Shown: positions 24,347 to 34,892 of the stretch, one piece after another | Numbering within the stretch: position 1 is the stretch's first letter | Layout of the letters: every line of letters starts with the position of its first letter | Source of the DNA: Methanobacteriota archaeon | GTDB lineage: Archaea > Thermoplasmatota > Poseidoniia > Poseidoniales > Poseidoniaceae | Assembly: GCA_002729095.1 (NCBI GenBank) | Contig: PBWC01000045.1 | Location: forward strand, 108,778-172,777 | Reading direction: 5' to 3' | Length of the DNA stretch: 64,000 bases | Position numbers and translations under genes: made by a program | The notes under the pieces: generated by a model | Databases searched by the model: none | What the model was told of the DNA's origin: nothing | What the model saw: the letters and a program-made list of their open reading frames with translations, nothing else

Positions 24347-25144
24347 ATGGCAGAGCCAAAAGTGTGCGTATCTCTCGAGGGTATTACTGTAGATGAAATG
24401 ATTGACGAAGCAAACAGAGCAAATATTGCTGGCGCTGATTATATCGAAGTCCGATTTGATAAATTATATTTGATTAAGCCTGAACCAACCTTTACAGAAA
24501 ATGAAGATGGTGAAAAAATTAGTAAAATGCCTCCTGAAACTGAATGGACCGTTAAAGACTTCAAAGATGTAGACATTGAGAAGTCTATTTCTGCTCTAAA
24601 AGAAGCAATACCTGTTCCTGTAATTTTTACAGTTAGACCTGTCAGAGAAGGAGGTTTCTTCGCTGGAAATGAACAGGAAAGACTTGAAGTTCTTAGTAAG
24701 GCAATTGAATCAGAGGTTAGTTTCGTAGATTTAGAGCTTTCAATTGATGAAAAGGATAGAAAGAAACTCCATTCCGATGCATCTAACGCTGGATGTAAAG
24801 TAATCGCATCATACCATGATTCTAATTCTACCCCAAGTGCAGATGAAATAATAGAAATTGTAAGATCAAATTATGATAAGGGAGACATAATGAAATTCTG
24901 CTCATCAGTATCAAATCACCAAGATTCTTTACAAATTATCGAAGCTGCTCACTCCTTATCTAGCGATGATGAACCACATAGTCTGATGGGATTAGGAAAT
25001 GGAGGTGATTGGGTAAGGCTACATGCGCCTATCTTGGGTCAAAGTTTAGTTTATGCTACTATGCTTAACCATTTCAGATTGTCCGATAGAGGATTGATTA
25101 ACGTTAGAGATTTAAGAGATGCCTGGGCACTATTAGAATATTAA
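24347..25144 (+). CDS. aroD: type I 3-dehydroquinate dehydratase
   Basis: ADYIEVRFD, IFTVR..EGG, VDLEL, IASYHD, Schiff-base Lys in DIMKF, MG..G. Confidence 0.85.
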   Translation: MAEPKVCVSLEGITVDEMIDEANRANIAGADYIEVRFDKLYLIKPEPTFTENEDGEKISKMPPETEWTVKDFKDVDIEKSISALKEAIPVPVIFTVRPVREGGFFAGNEQERLEVLSKAIESEVSFVDLELSIDEKDRKKLHSDASNAGCKVIASYHDSNSTPSADEIIEIVRSNYDKGDIMKFCSSVSNHQDSLQIIEAAHSLSSDDEPHSLMGLGNGGDWVRLHAPILGQSLVYATMLNHFRLSDRGLINVRDLRDAWALLEY

Positions 25145-25192
25145 ACATAGGATGACTTTTGAATCAAAATCCATTTTCTAATTACTACACAA

Positions 25193-26278
25193 CTATCCAT
25201 TTTCATTGCTTTTGAAATTTTCAAAAGCCTCTGAGGCACTCTGTTCGACTGGAGGTGGCAATTCTGCTGCGGTGTTTAAAGATGGAACAATACCCATTGA
25301 TTTTTCCTCGGTTTGTAGACCTGCCTTCATATATCTCGCGTTAAGGATAAACGGGAATATTGCAAATCCTATGATTAGTACCAAGAACACTAAAGAAACC
25401 GTAAAATTGGGTAAAATCAGTGTCCTTTCAGTTGTTATAATTGTAACATCTGCAGCAGTAATTGTTTCAGGAGGTTGTGCGTCGTTATCATGGACATTGT
25501 CCCATGTGTCGATTACAATATAGAAATCTTGCCAGTCTTGATTACCAAACAAGCCTGAATAAACTTCAGGCCCGTCAAGACTCAATGCGAAATTTACTTT
25601 GTCGACATTCTCATATTGATGAGCGTCTCTAAAAGACTTCCAGCCCAAGAAATTGAAACTTCTCCATTCAGGTGGAATGTCACTCAATGATTCTTCAGTA
25701 TCTGAATACCAGCGGTTATTAGAATGTGAAGAATAATAACTTTCTTCATATTTAGTATATTCACTAGATGTTAGTAAGTAAACATCTGCATTAACGTTTG
25801 AACCATTTATCTGGTCAAAATCTTGTAGAGTAATACAAATAGTAGTTCGATGATTTGCGGAAAGATTCAATTTTAATGCTCCAACGCTATCGTTGCCAAT
25901 CAATAGTGTCGCATGATTATTTGAAATGAATGGATCTAGAACTAATTCCTCTTGCTCCCAAGGATAATAATACATCCATTCCGGTTCAGGACTCAATGCC
26001 ATATCAATGACAATTTCTTCGCTGTTAGATTTACCATCTCTATTTTTTCCATCACCTGGGCCCTCATCAAAATAATTCCACCAACTGTCATATGGGTTGA
26101 AATGTGGCACCATGGCAATTCTCTGCAATGATTGATTCCAACTTACTGGCTCAATATCTCCTTCGCAGGCATCGGCTGCAGAGGCATTATTGAGAAACAA
26201 AGGGCTATCATTTACTGTGGGAACTGTGAGAGGTAGAATGAACATCGCAAGAATCAAAAAAACTAATTTTGACCTCAT
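25193..26278 (-). CDS. secreted/membrane-anchored hypothetical protein
   Basis: N-terminal signal-like hydrophobic segment, acidic and aromatic extracellular region, C-terminal TM helix. Confidence 0.7.
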   Translation of the reverse strand: MRSKLVFLILAMFILPLTVPTVNDSPLFLNNASAADACEGDIEPVSWNQSLQRIAMVPHFNPYDSWWNYFDEGPGDGKNRDGKSNSEEIVIDMALSPEPEWMYYYPWEQEELVLDPFISNNHATLLIGNDSVGALKLNLSANHRTTICITLQDFDQINGSNVNADVYLLTSSEYTKYEESYYSSHSNNRWYSDTEESLSDIPPEWRSFNFLGWKSFRDAHQYENVDKVNFALSLDGPEVYSGLFGNQDWQDFYIVIDTWDNVHDNDAQPPETITAADVTIITTERTLILPNFTVSLVFLVLIIGFAIFPFILNARYMKAGLQTEEKSMGIVPSLNTAAELPPPVEQSASEAFENFKSNENG

Positions 26279-26327
26279 TAAATCTCCTCATCAATACTCA
26301 TCAATAGACAGTTCAAGATACTAGCGA

Positions 26328-29300
26328 TTAAATTCGTCTCCTCAAAGGCCTAATATAACCACTTTCATCATTTCTACGTTCTTCCTTAGACAATATAGCC
26401 GGTGCAGGTGGAGGAGTATGCTGATCCATTCCTAAAAGTCCACCTTGGACTTCGACATGTTCTACATCAGTATACGTCTCAGCAGCTTGCTTTGCTTCAT
26501 CTTCGACCTCACTAGACTCCCTCATAACTAGCCATCCAAGAATCAATGCAACCGCTATCAAAGCTATGAAGGTAGCAAGGTCTGAACCTGCTTCTTTAAT
26601 CCAATTCATCCAGTCTTCAACCTCGAAATCGGATAGAGAAGGTGGTGCGTCTGGTTTAGGAGCAACATTTACTTCTTCTGTCAAATAATCACACATACCT
26701 AAACCATCACAAGCAAGTAATCCAATTTGATATTTTCCAGAATTATTCCACGTGGTTTCAATTCTATAGATGACGTCGCTGGCAGGTATAATGTAATCAT
26801 CTGTTGGATCTCCATTGCCGTCTTCATCAAATTGTAAATTTATATCCCATTTTACTATCAAACTAGGATCAATAAATTCATCTTTATCAAAAAGTGAGCC
26901 ATCATCAATATTTAAGTCGCGAAAAATTAACACCTGTTTCTCTAATTCTAAGTCAGTAATATTTGCAGAAAGATAAACTGATTCTTCAATTACTATTTCC
27001 TCTGGAATAGAAATATCGATAATGCCTGGAGGATTATCAACCATTATCGTAAAGGATTGCCTAGAAACATCACCGGTACCAAAAGCATCTCTCACTGTTA
27101 AAGTTACGGTGTATTCACCAGGATTAGAATAAGAATGCCAAGGTGATGGTTCGTGATTAAGTGGTGAAGCATCTCCAAAATCCCAAGTATACTCAACAAT
27201 ACCATTCCAATTTTCTAAATTTGAATCTAATGGTGAAAATTTGCCTTCAAACTTCCTATCTCCGTCCCTAGTTCCGTCTGAATCGAAATAAAGCATCAAA
27301 TTAGGCGCAGTGAAGGTATTATCTTCCCCATCAAAGGTATGAGACCAAGCGTCAGGAATGAAACCTTCAGGCATTGGAGTTGAGTCTGTAACCTGCTGAC
27401 CAGAAACCCAAGCATCTAAAATTTTGACAGATATTATTGGTAGTGGATTAGAAATTCTAATTGTAAGTGATCTCGAGATACTTTGTTCGCCCTGTTCATC
27501 TATGACAAATAAACTGACTGAATGTATTCCTGGTTCAGTGAAAGTAAATGTTGTTTGAGGTTTATCTCCATAAGTCCCATCACTGAACGTCCAATTAAAT
27601 ATTAAATCGCTCGAATCACCCATTGTTCCATCAATATCATATGAATTTCTTCCATCAAAGGTGTATGGTACATCTGTTTCTCCATCCTCCATTCTAAAAT
27701 CAATGATATTAGTTCCATCGTCATCATTAGTCTTGACAATGAATTCAGCAATTGGAATCTGGTTAAGTACATTGATGAATAATTGGGTTGAGGATTTACT
27801 GCCATCATCATCAGTTACGGTAATTAATGCAATTTTCAACCCCGGTTTATCCCACGATGGAGTCGGATAAGCGAGTGTTGAGCTAGTTTCAACGAAATCA
27901 TCATTCTTATCGGTTATTCCTCCACCCAAATTTACTCCATCAGGGAAACTCCATTCATACTGAACAATACTCCCATCATCATCGGCAAAAACATCTGGCA
28001 TCAATATTGAATTATAGGTATATGTGGTTAGATTATCTGAAAATATTTGATATGGAACTCTGTTGTTTACATACACTAAAATGCTCTTTTGCCCGGAGTT
28101 TATACCATCAAAAATTGTCAAAGTAAGATTGAATGTGATATTCTCGCCTGTAATATCGCCCCATTCATGCTGAGCTAAATAAAGACCAACTCCTGAATCA
28201 ATACTGCCATCGCCCCAGTCCCATTGGAACAATAAATTCTCGACGGGAACATTGTCTGAAGATTTGGACCCTGAAAATTGAATTAATTGATTTGTAAATA
28301 TACTAATTTCACTGTCGATTACTATATTGTTAACCGATATAATTGGTACTGGTAAAGAGTCATCAGTAACATTTACTCTATGCAGTTCGGGGGCAGACCA
28401 GACACCTCCCTGATCCATTATTCTCAAGGTCGCATTGTAATTTCCGATATTTTGATAAGACCTCGTCGGTGATTTTAGTGATGAGGTAGTTCCATCATCA
28501 AAATCCCAAAGATAAGCAACCGGAGAGTCCCTGTATGGTAAGGAATTATTATCTAATGATAAACCCCAAGCATCAAATCCTCCTCCTGCAAATTCAATAT
28601 TTTCCCAGGTTTGCGATTGATTTGTAGAAATACTTCCATTCGCACTAGGTATCATATTTGAAAGTGTTAAAGGTGCTGTAGAGGTTGTGTTAATTAAATT
28701 ACCAATCATATCATACCACTTAAACTTCAGATAATATTGACCATCCATGTTCGATGTAAACCATACATTACTATTCGTGTCTTGTCCGCCACCAGCAGAA
28801 ATTCTGTTGGTTATCGAATCAACAATTTCTCCCGATGAATCAATCACGCTAACTTCCACGTCCAAATCTTCAAAAAAAGCATTGGAAAAGACATTGAAGT
28901 TAATTTTCGCAGTATCATCATTACCATCTCCATCTCTATCAGATGTTTCCGTGGTGTTTATTGTAAGAGTTGCTGGCGAAGTAATTCTAGCTGCTTCGAT
29001 ATCAACTGTGCCTTGAGGATAGGATGTACCACAAGATGTGTAATCACAATCCGCAACAGTGCTTGCATACCATGTTATTGCCCAAACCTCATCGGTTAAA
29101 TTTCCGAAACCTGGTACTAGTGAAGTTGCAACATTGCTCTGGAAATTTAAATCTGAAACAGACCAAAGTCCGTCAACAGTTGATTTTGATACAACTACAC
29201 CGTCGAATTGACTGACATCAGAAGTCAATCTAATCGTTAGAGGTGCGGGTGATGAGCCCCCCGGTGTGAATTTGAATGCCCTAATTCCCCAACCTTCAAC

Positions 29301-30533
29301 AGTATGTCCAGTGGAAGACCAAGGAGAGCTCCAATCACTGTTTGTATCAGCTGGTTGAACTCTACAAAATGAACCTGACGAACATGTAGGAGTCAAATCT
29401 AGGTTAGAAAATCCGTAGATACCTTGATCAGAATCTAGAACTGCTGCGATTGAGAAGTTAGCAAAAATTTGACCCATTGTCCTGCCTATAGACCCACTTT
29501 GCCCTGCAGGAGGCGACAATGCCAATTTCTCTATTCCAACGCCCCCAGTTGCAGAATCTTGCACCAACTGTCTAACTGCTGCTCCACCACCTAAATGATC
29601 AGCTAAATACATTGTAAAAATGAAACCGGCTCCATAATCTGCAAATCTCTGATTCCACCATCTGACAGATAATTCTGAAGATTCTGTCCACTGATTTAAA
29701 TGACTAACTAAAGTAGAATCTGCTCCAAAACAAAGATAGATTGCAACATCGGCATTACCCTCATCAATCCACAGGTTTTCATAAGGATCTTGTGCATTGT
29801 GGAGAAGATGTTCTAATTCATGAGCAATTATTGATTTACCCCATGTCAACGTTATATCAGCGAAATCTATGAACACAGATTCTCTAGAACTTGCAAATGA
29901 AGGAGAGAAGTAACCTCCAGTGTTGTATGGTCCGTCAATGTCATAAATTATAATTTGAACTTGACAATTATTGTCAATATCTGGAGGAGCAAGACCTCGA
30001 CCATCTTGGTAGTCTTTACCATAATATGTAGTCATAGTTGGATAGATTGTGTTATCCCAAGACGATGCTAGATTGTTAAGAACTGTTGAAGAGAGGGTCC
30101 TTCCTGTTTGGACAACAAAAGCAACAGTACTTGTGGTCTTGGCGACATATGCATTAATCGAACCACCTGAAGTTGGAACAGATAACTCATCGCCAACTAA
30201 ATGAGGACTGCAAACCCTGCCGCTGGACCTGCCACTAGTGACGGGTTCATACTTCATTTCATCAACTCCGGGCCTTCCAGCATCAATCCAAGCCTGTTTC
30301 ATAAATCCATAAGCAGAAACAACCGGCTCAGGTTCGTCTATGAACAGGTACTGTGAACCATTATTGGGATCAAAATCTTTCAAGTCGCCTATTATGACTC
30401 CTCCCGCATTATACGGAACTCTGTGATTTTCATCCGATGAGTCCGCAATAGATGTTGGAATTATAGGAGATAAAATTGATACAAAGAAAAGGGCGATTAA
30501 AAATACGGCTTTATTGGAGCGATTTTCCGACAT
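26328..30533 (-). CDS. large surface-anchored zinc metallopeptidase (M30/M6-like) with multiple PKD domains
   Basis: Signal peptide; AHELEHLLH...WIDEG; repeated WDFDDG/WDWGDG/WTFSDG/WDFGD PKD motifs; C-terminal TM helix. Confidence 0.85.
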   Translation of the reverse strand: MSENRSNKAVFLIALFFVSILSPIIPTSIADSSDENHRVPYNAGGVIIGDLKDFDPNNGSQYLFIDEPEPVVSAYGFMKQAWIDAGRPGVDEMKYEPVTSGRSSGRVCSPHLVGDELSVPTSGGSINAYVAKTTSTVAFVVQTGRTLSSTVLNNLASSWDNTIYPTMTTYYGKDYQDGRGLAPPDIDNNCQVQIIIYDIDGPYNTGGYFSPSFASSRESVFIDFADITLTWGKSIIAHELEHLLHNAQDPYENLWIDEGNADVAIYLCFGADSTLVSHLNQWTESSELSVRWWNQRFADYGAGFIFTMYLADHLGGGAAVRQLVQDSATGGVGIEKLALSPPAGQSGSIGRTMGQIFANFSIAAVLDSDQGIYGFSNLDLTPTCSSGSFCRVQPADTNSDWSSPWSSTGHTVEGWGIRAFKFTPGGSSPAPLTIRLTSDVSQFDGVVVSKSTVDGLWSVSDLNFQSNVATSLVPGFGNLTDEVWAITWYASTVADCDYTSCGTSYPQGTVDIEAARITSPATLTINTTETSDRDGDGNDDTAKINFNVFSNAFFEDLDVEVSVIDSSGEIVDSITNRISAGGGQDTNSNVWFTSNMDGQYYLKFKWYDMIGNLINTTSTAPLTLSNMIPSANGSISTNQSQTWENIEFAGGGFDAWGLSLDNNSLPYRDSPVAYLWDFDDGTTSSLKSPTRSYQNIGNYNATLRIMDQGGVWSAPELHRVNVTDDSLPVPIISVNNIVIDSEISIFTNQLIQFSGSKSSDNVPVENLLFQWDWGDGSIDSGVGLYLAQHEWGDITGENITFNLTLTIFDGINSGQKSILVYVNNRVPYQIFSDNLTTYTYNSILMPDVFADDDGSIVQYEWSFPDGVNLGGGITDKNDDFVETSSTLAYPTPSWDKPGLKIALITVTDDDGSKSSTQLFINVLNQIPIAEFIVKTNDDDGTNIIDFRMEDGETDVPYTFDGRNSYDIDGTMGDSSDLIFNWTFSDGTYGDKPQTTFTFTEPGIHSVSLFVIDEQGEQSISRSLTIRISNPLPIISVKILDAWVSGQQVTDSTPMPEGFIPDAWSHTFDGEDNTFTAPNLMLYFDSDGTRDGDRKFEGKFSPLDSNLENWNGIVEYTWDFGDASPLNHEPSPWHSYSNPGEYTVTLTVRDAFGTGDVSRQSFTIMVDNPPGIIDISIPEEIVIEESVYLSANITDLELEKQVLIFRDLNIDDGSLFDKDEFIDPSLIVKWDINLQFDEDGNGDPTDDYIIPASDVIYRIETTWNNSGKYQIGLLACDGLGMCDYLTEEVNVAPKPDAPPSLSDFEVEDWMNWIKEAGSDLATFIALIAVALILGWLVMRESSEVEDEAKQAAETYTDVEHVEVQGGLLGMDQHTPPPAPAILSKEERRNDESGYIRPLRRRI

Positions 30534-30621
30534 AATAAACTACCCAAATAATTGCGATACTGCTATCAAATTAAGCGAGTCGAAAAGAGGTATTTAAGGG
30601 TCAGTCTAATAGGAGTCATTA

Positions 30622-31803
30622 ATGCTCATACCTTCGAAGGATATTTCCTCACTGAATAAAACACTACTATTATTTGCGATAATTGCGCTACTGCTCAATA
30701 ATAGTACGTTGGTTTTAGCTTCGGAAAATGAACAACAAATAAGTTATATTGAAACGGTACCTTGTGATTATTACGGCAATTTTTCATTCAATTCTACTGC
30801 AGCCAACGAATCAGTACACTGGCAAGTTGAATTAGGCCCTAGATTGCCTGGCTCTAATGCTTCTTTTGCACTAAGAGAATCTATCAAAGAGAACCTGACA
30901 GATTGGACTTTTGAAGAGGAAACTCATTACCGCGAAGATTTTTATTTGACCAATCTTATAGCTACCTACAAGCCTTTTAATTCCTCCTCTCAAGAGATTT
31001 ATCTTGTAGCCCACTATGACTCAAGAGACCGTGCTGAAAGAGACGATAACGAAAGTCTTCGAGATATTCCTATTGATGGAGCCAATGATGGCGCTAGCGC
31101 CACGGCGGTACTTATCGAGATGGGTAAAATTATTCCCCAAATGAATTTGAATCATACTGTAAAATTATTTTTCACAGACGCTGAAGATCAAGGGGAAAGA
31201 GCCGGAATTTATGGTTCAAAAGCATGGGCAGAGAACAAAACAGATGACGAATTAAGCGATATTTCAGCATTTATAGTTATAGATATGATTGGCGATTATG
31301 ATTTACATTTTACGCATGTTTGGCCGGGTACTTCAGAACTTTGGTTAACCATTCAGTCATTAGCCGAAGCATTAGGCTTGGTTGAAGGCGAGGAGGACTG
31401 TTTAGGTAATCCAGGAGTGGATGTATTTGACATCGATACATCGCATGGAGTAATAGATGACCACGTTGCTGCATTTGAAAGAGGAGTTCCTGCTATAGAT
31501 ATCATCGACATACATTCAGGTGAAGGCGCTGAAAAATGGGGTGGTTATTGGCATACACACAACGATACAATAGACAAAGTTAGTGCTGATTCCTTAGGAA
31601 AAATTGGGCAACTACTTGAATTAGGATTGCTTAGTAATTCATGGATATTAAATTCAGATAGTAATGTAACCGCAGAGATTAATGAAACTAAACAAAATAC
31701 AGATGTTGAGAATAGTTTTGCCTTAGGAATTATATCACTTTCAATTACCTTCGGGGTTTTCTTGATTATTTTTGTACTAGACTATAGAATAAAAAAGATA
31801 TAG
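30622..31803 (+). CDS. M28 family peptidase (glutaminyl cyclase-like), membrane-anchored
   Basis: AHYDSR, GANDGAS, FTDAED, DMIG, DDH, WHT..D; signal peptide and C-terminal TM. Confidence 0.88.
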   Translation: MLIPSKDISSLNKTLLLFAIIALLLNNSTLVLASENEQQISYIETVPCDYYGNFSFNSTAANESVHWQVELGPRLPGSNASFALRESIKENLTDWTFEEETHYREDFYLTNLIATYKPFNSSSQEIYLVAHYDSRDRAERDDNESLRDIPIDGANDGASATAVLIEMGKIIPQMNLNHTVKLFFTDAEDQGERAGIYGSKAWAENKTDDELSDISAFIVIDMIGDYDLHFTHVWPGTSELWLTIQSLAEALGLVEGEEDCLGNPGVDVFDIDTSHGVIDDHVAAFERGVPAIDIIDIHSGEGAEKWGGYWHTHNDTIDKVSADSLGKIGQLLELGLLSNSWILNSDSNVTAEINETKQNTDVENSFALGIISLSITFGVFLIIFVLDYRIKKI

Positions 31804-31869
31804 TGTTGCGCGGACTTTGAGGGGAAGGGGTATTATCCGCGCACCTTTACCATTAACTAAGCGGGAGGG

Positions 31870-32733
31870 GTGTGTTTGACAGAAAATGACTTTGAAGAAC
31901 GTCGAAAGGCACTCAAAGAGCGCGTCAAAAAACAACTTGAGAACTCCTCTAATGATACGATAGAGGAAGAAATTGTTGTACTGGAAAGTCCCGTTGAATC
32001 ATCTGTTGACTCATCGGAAAAAAGAAATCTTGAAAGAATTTTAGAATTGGAAATGGATGATAAATCTAAACTCAGAAAAATGGCCTCAGTATTAATTTTG
32101 GTTGGCAGTATTCTAGGAATATTCAGTGGAGGAATTATTTTACAGGGAAACCCGTCTGAATTACTTAATTCCTCGATTTTTGATCAGACTCAGAGTGTAG
32201 ATATAACAGGTCAAACACTAGATTTAGAAGGGCATGGAATATACAACGTCAGTATCATTTTATTAGATTATGACAGTTCCGAGACTATTCAATCAACACT
32301 TACTAATGATAACGGTTATTTTCAACTCAAAAATGTAAAAGCTGATAGAATGATACTAAGAGTTTCATTGGAAGGATACGATACTATAGAGAGAACTTTC
32401 GATGCAGTTGATGGATTCATGCAGCCGTTTACAATGAAAAATGGCAGTGATTTAGTTACTGAAAATTTCATTTCAGAAGATTCAGGTTGGTCATTAGAAG
32501 CAGCGGTAGGTTTGTCTACATTTATCGGCGTAGTGACTATTCTAACTGGTATTGTTGGAATTCAAGCTTCGGTTGAAATAAGAAGAGCAAAGCGATACAG
32601 AAGAACTCAATACCTAGCCGGTGTAAGTCTTTTCAGCCGTGGATTAATTATTTTTGGACCTATACTAATTTTAGCTGGAATGGGACTATTAGTCTTAACC
32701 AAAGAACAATTTGAAGATGTTGAAGAGGTGTGA
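31870..32733 (+). CDS. membrane protein with carboxypeptidase-regulatory-like (Cna B/transthyretin-like) domain
   Basis: ITGQTLD..G.GIYNVSI...TLTNDNGYFQL...VSLEGY, flanked by TM helices. Confidence 0.75.
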   Translation: MCLTENDFEERRKALKERVKKQLENSSNDTIEEEIVVLESPVESSVDSSEKRNLERILELEMDDKSKLRKMASVLILVGSILGIFSGGIILQGNPSELLNSSIFDQTQSVDITGQTLDLEGHGIYNVSIILLDYDSSETIQSTLTNDNGYFQLKNVKADRMILRVSLEGYDTIERTFDAVDGFMQPFTMKNGSDLVTENFISEDSGWSLEAAVGLSTFIGVVTILTGIVGIQASVEIRRAKRYRRTQYLAGVSLFSRGLIIFGPILILAGMGLLVLTKEQFEDVEEV

Positions 32734-34091
32734 TAATGTACCTCATTTCTATTGAAGGCGGAGATGGTTCCGGTAAAGGTGAGGCTGCCAGAATAATCTT
32801 AGAACTAGTCAATGATTATCCATTCCCTCAAGTTTATTCAACCCATGAACCTAGACGACATAGTGAATTGGGTAAATTAGCCTTAGATTCTGTTCAGACA
32901 GGTGATAAAACCCCACTTCAAGAGGCCGGTTTGTTTGCTGCGGATAGATTAGATCATTCTCATACTTGGATAAAGCCACTATTAGAAAAAGGAAATATTG
33001 TGATATCAGATCGAAACATACACTCATCTTTAATCTACCAAGGAATTGTAGGAGATCTGGGATTAGAGCAAGTTTGTAAAATGAATGCTGCAGCAATGAT
33101 ACCCGATTTAGTTATTTGGATTGATTGTGACCCTGAAAAAGCGATAAAACGAATTCAATCAGGCACTCTCCGAATGACTAGTGAAAAACAAGAATATTTT
33201 GAAACAACTGATATTCAAAAGAAAATCCGTAAAGGATTCAATGACCTTCTATCTGGTAAGATTAGAGTTCCTGAACCTTTTGATAAATGCTGTGTGGTAG
33301 GACCAATACTCAATGAAGGTGGGCTAGATGAATTAAGAAGAAAATTGAGGGATGAATTACGCTCTTTTTTCAATAGAAAACCCGCACCTCTAAATGTTGA
33401 CTCCGACCAAGTAGATAGATACTTACTTAACAGCCTAGTTAAAGATGTGAAGAAACAAACTCGCCTACCTGGTGCTCCTGAAATGAAAACTGCAATTCAT
33501 ATTGGGTGGTTATCTGGAAAAAGTCCCAGTGAATGGATGAAACTAGGAGAAGATTTGTGGCCGAAAGATACTGCGAAAGAATTTGATGTTCCTGCTACGT
33601 CTTATTCTCAATCATGCTGGTCAATTCTAGGGACCCTATCACTAATAGTTGGCTCCACTGAAGTGCCTAGGTTACACAAATCATTAGGCCCCCACAGGAT
33701 GGTAACACAAAGACACACGCAGCGCTTAGTAAAATGGCTTGAACACGAACGATGGATTCACAAACAACAATCACATGTTCCATTCTCTGAGGCTAAGGTT
33801 TTCAAGTTAAGGGATGAAAAATTGGGATATGGAAGATTGGCTTTAGCTATGTGGCCTCTAAGATCTTCTCTCGCATCGTGGAGAAGAAGCAATCCAAACT
33901 CAAAATGGGAAGATTCTCTACCTGAAATTTTGTTACACGGTACCGGAAAAAATCCGCCGATGACGATAAGGAGGTCGGTAAATAATATTCTCAAGCGCTT
34001 GGAAATGTTGACTAGTGGACATGAGAATTGTCCAACACCAAAAAATGCTGATGAGTTAATAATATGGTGGAAAACTAAGCCTCCAAAATAA
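32730..34091 (+). CDS. tmk: thymidylate kinase with long C-terminal extension
   Basis: ISIEGGDGSGK, THEP, LFAADR..H, VISDR...SS..YQG, PDLVIWID. Confidence 0.85.
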   Translation: MIMYLISIEGGDGSGKGEAARIILELVNDYPFPQVYSTHEPRRHSELGKLALDSVQTGDKTPLQEAGLFAADRLDHSHTWIKPLLEKGNIVISDRNIHSSLIYQGIVGDLGLEQVCKMNAAAMIPDLVIWIDCDPEKAIKRIQSGTLRMTSEKQEYFETTDIQKKIRKGFNDLLSGKIRVPEPFDKCCVVGPILNEGGLDELRRKLRDELRSFFNRKPAPLNVDSDQVDRYLLNSLVKDVKKQTRLPGAPEMKTAIHIGWLSGKSPSEWMKLGEDLWPKDTAKEFDVPATSYSQSCWSILGTLSLIVGSTEVPRLHKSLGPHRMVTQRHTQRLVKWLEHERWIHKQQSHVPFSEAKVFKLRDEKLGYGRLALAMWPLRSSLASWRRSNPNSKWEDSLPEILLHGTGKNPPMTIRRSVNNILKRLEMLTSGHENCPTPKNADELIIWWKTKPPK

Positions 34092-34847
34092 TTACTCTTC
34101 TTCGTTAACCAACTCAAATCTAAGTCCACTTGGTAAACGGACTTCTCCTGCTGACTTGAAAAATTTCGGCCTTGCTGAATATGTTGCTGCGATTAGAATA
34201 CCAAAACCAATCCCGAATGCAATTCCGGTAATAGGCCTCATCAAATTATTCGATTCATAAGATGTTAGTAGTTGAGTAAAACCATCAATTATCAGCGGAA
34301 GACAGAATAGTGTTCCAATCATAAGCCAAGTATATGTTCTGAAATTCTTTCGATAAATTTCCTCCAGCCAATGATCGGGGAATATGGATAGGCAGGTGTC
34401 TTTTATTGTCCACCGGTTGTATCCTCTTCGGGAGAATAGGAGACCCCCAACAGCAATTCCGAAGAACATGCCGATATCTCGAGTACAAACTGGCATCTGA
34501 TTACCATTAATCTCCCACGAACGCTCAGCTTTATTGTGACAATTAAAATCGCCAAATGCATAGATGAAGCCTGTATAAAGGTCCAGTTCTGACCACGCGA
34601 ACTTTTCTTCCTTACCATCATTACCAGAGGAATATAATCCATCCTGAGTCATATAATCTAGAGCATTTGCTCTAGCATCTAAATCAGGTACAAAGTCAGT
34701 TGGTAAGACCATTGGAGAAAAAAAGAATGATACAGTAAAGAACCCAAAAATTCCAAAAATCCACATTCCTACTTTTATCTCACGTGCCCTCTCATGTAGA
34801 CCGTTCTTCTGCACATTTTCCACCTTTTGAAAGACAGACTTAATCAT
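34092..34847 (-). CDS. DUF2085 family membrane protein
   Basis: CHNKAERSW...QMPVCTRDIGMFFG...PLIIDGFTQ...ESNNLMRPITG. Confidence 0.82.
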   Translation of the reverse strand: MIKSVFQKVENVQKNGLHERAREIKVGMWIFGIFGFFTVSFFFSPMVLPTDFVPDLDARANALDYMTQDGLYSSGNDGKEEKFAWSELDLYTGFIYAFGDFNCHNKAERSWEINGNQMPVCTRDIGMFFGIAVGGLLFSRRGYNRWTIKDTCLSIFPDHWLEEIYRKNFRTYTWLMIGTLFCLPLIIDGFTQLLTSYESNNLMRPITGIAFGIGFGILIAATYSARPKFFKSAGEVRLPSGLRFELVNEEE

Positions 34848-34892
34848 TTTGTCAATAAAAGTCTTGATGAGTAATGGGGAATTGGTAAGCCT

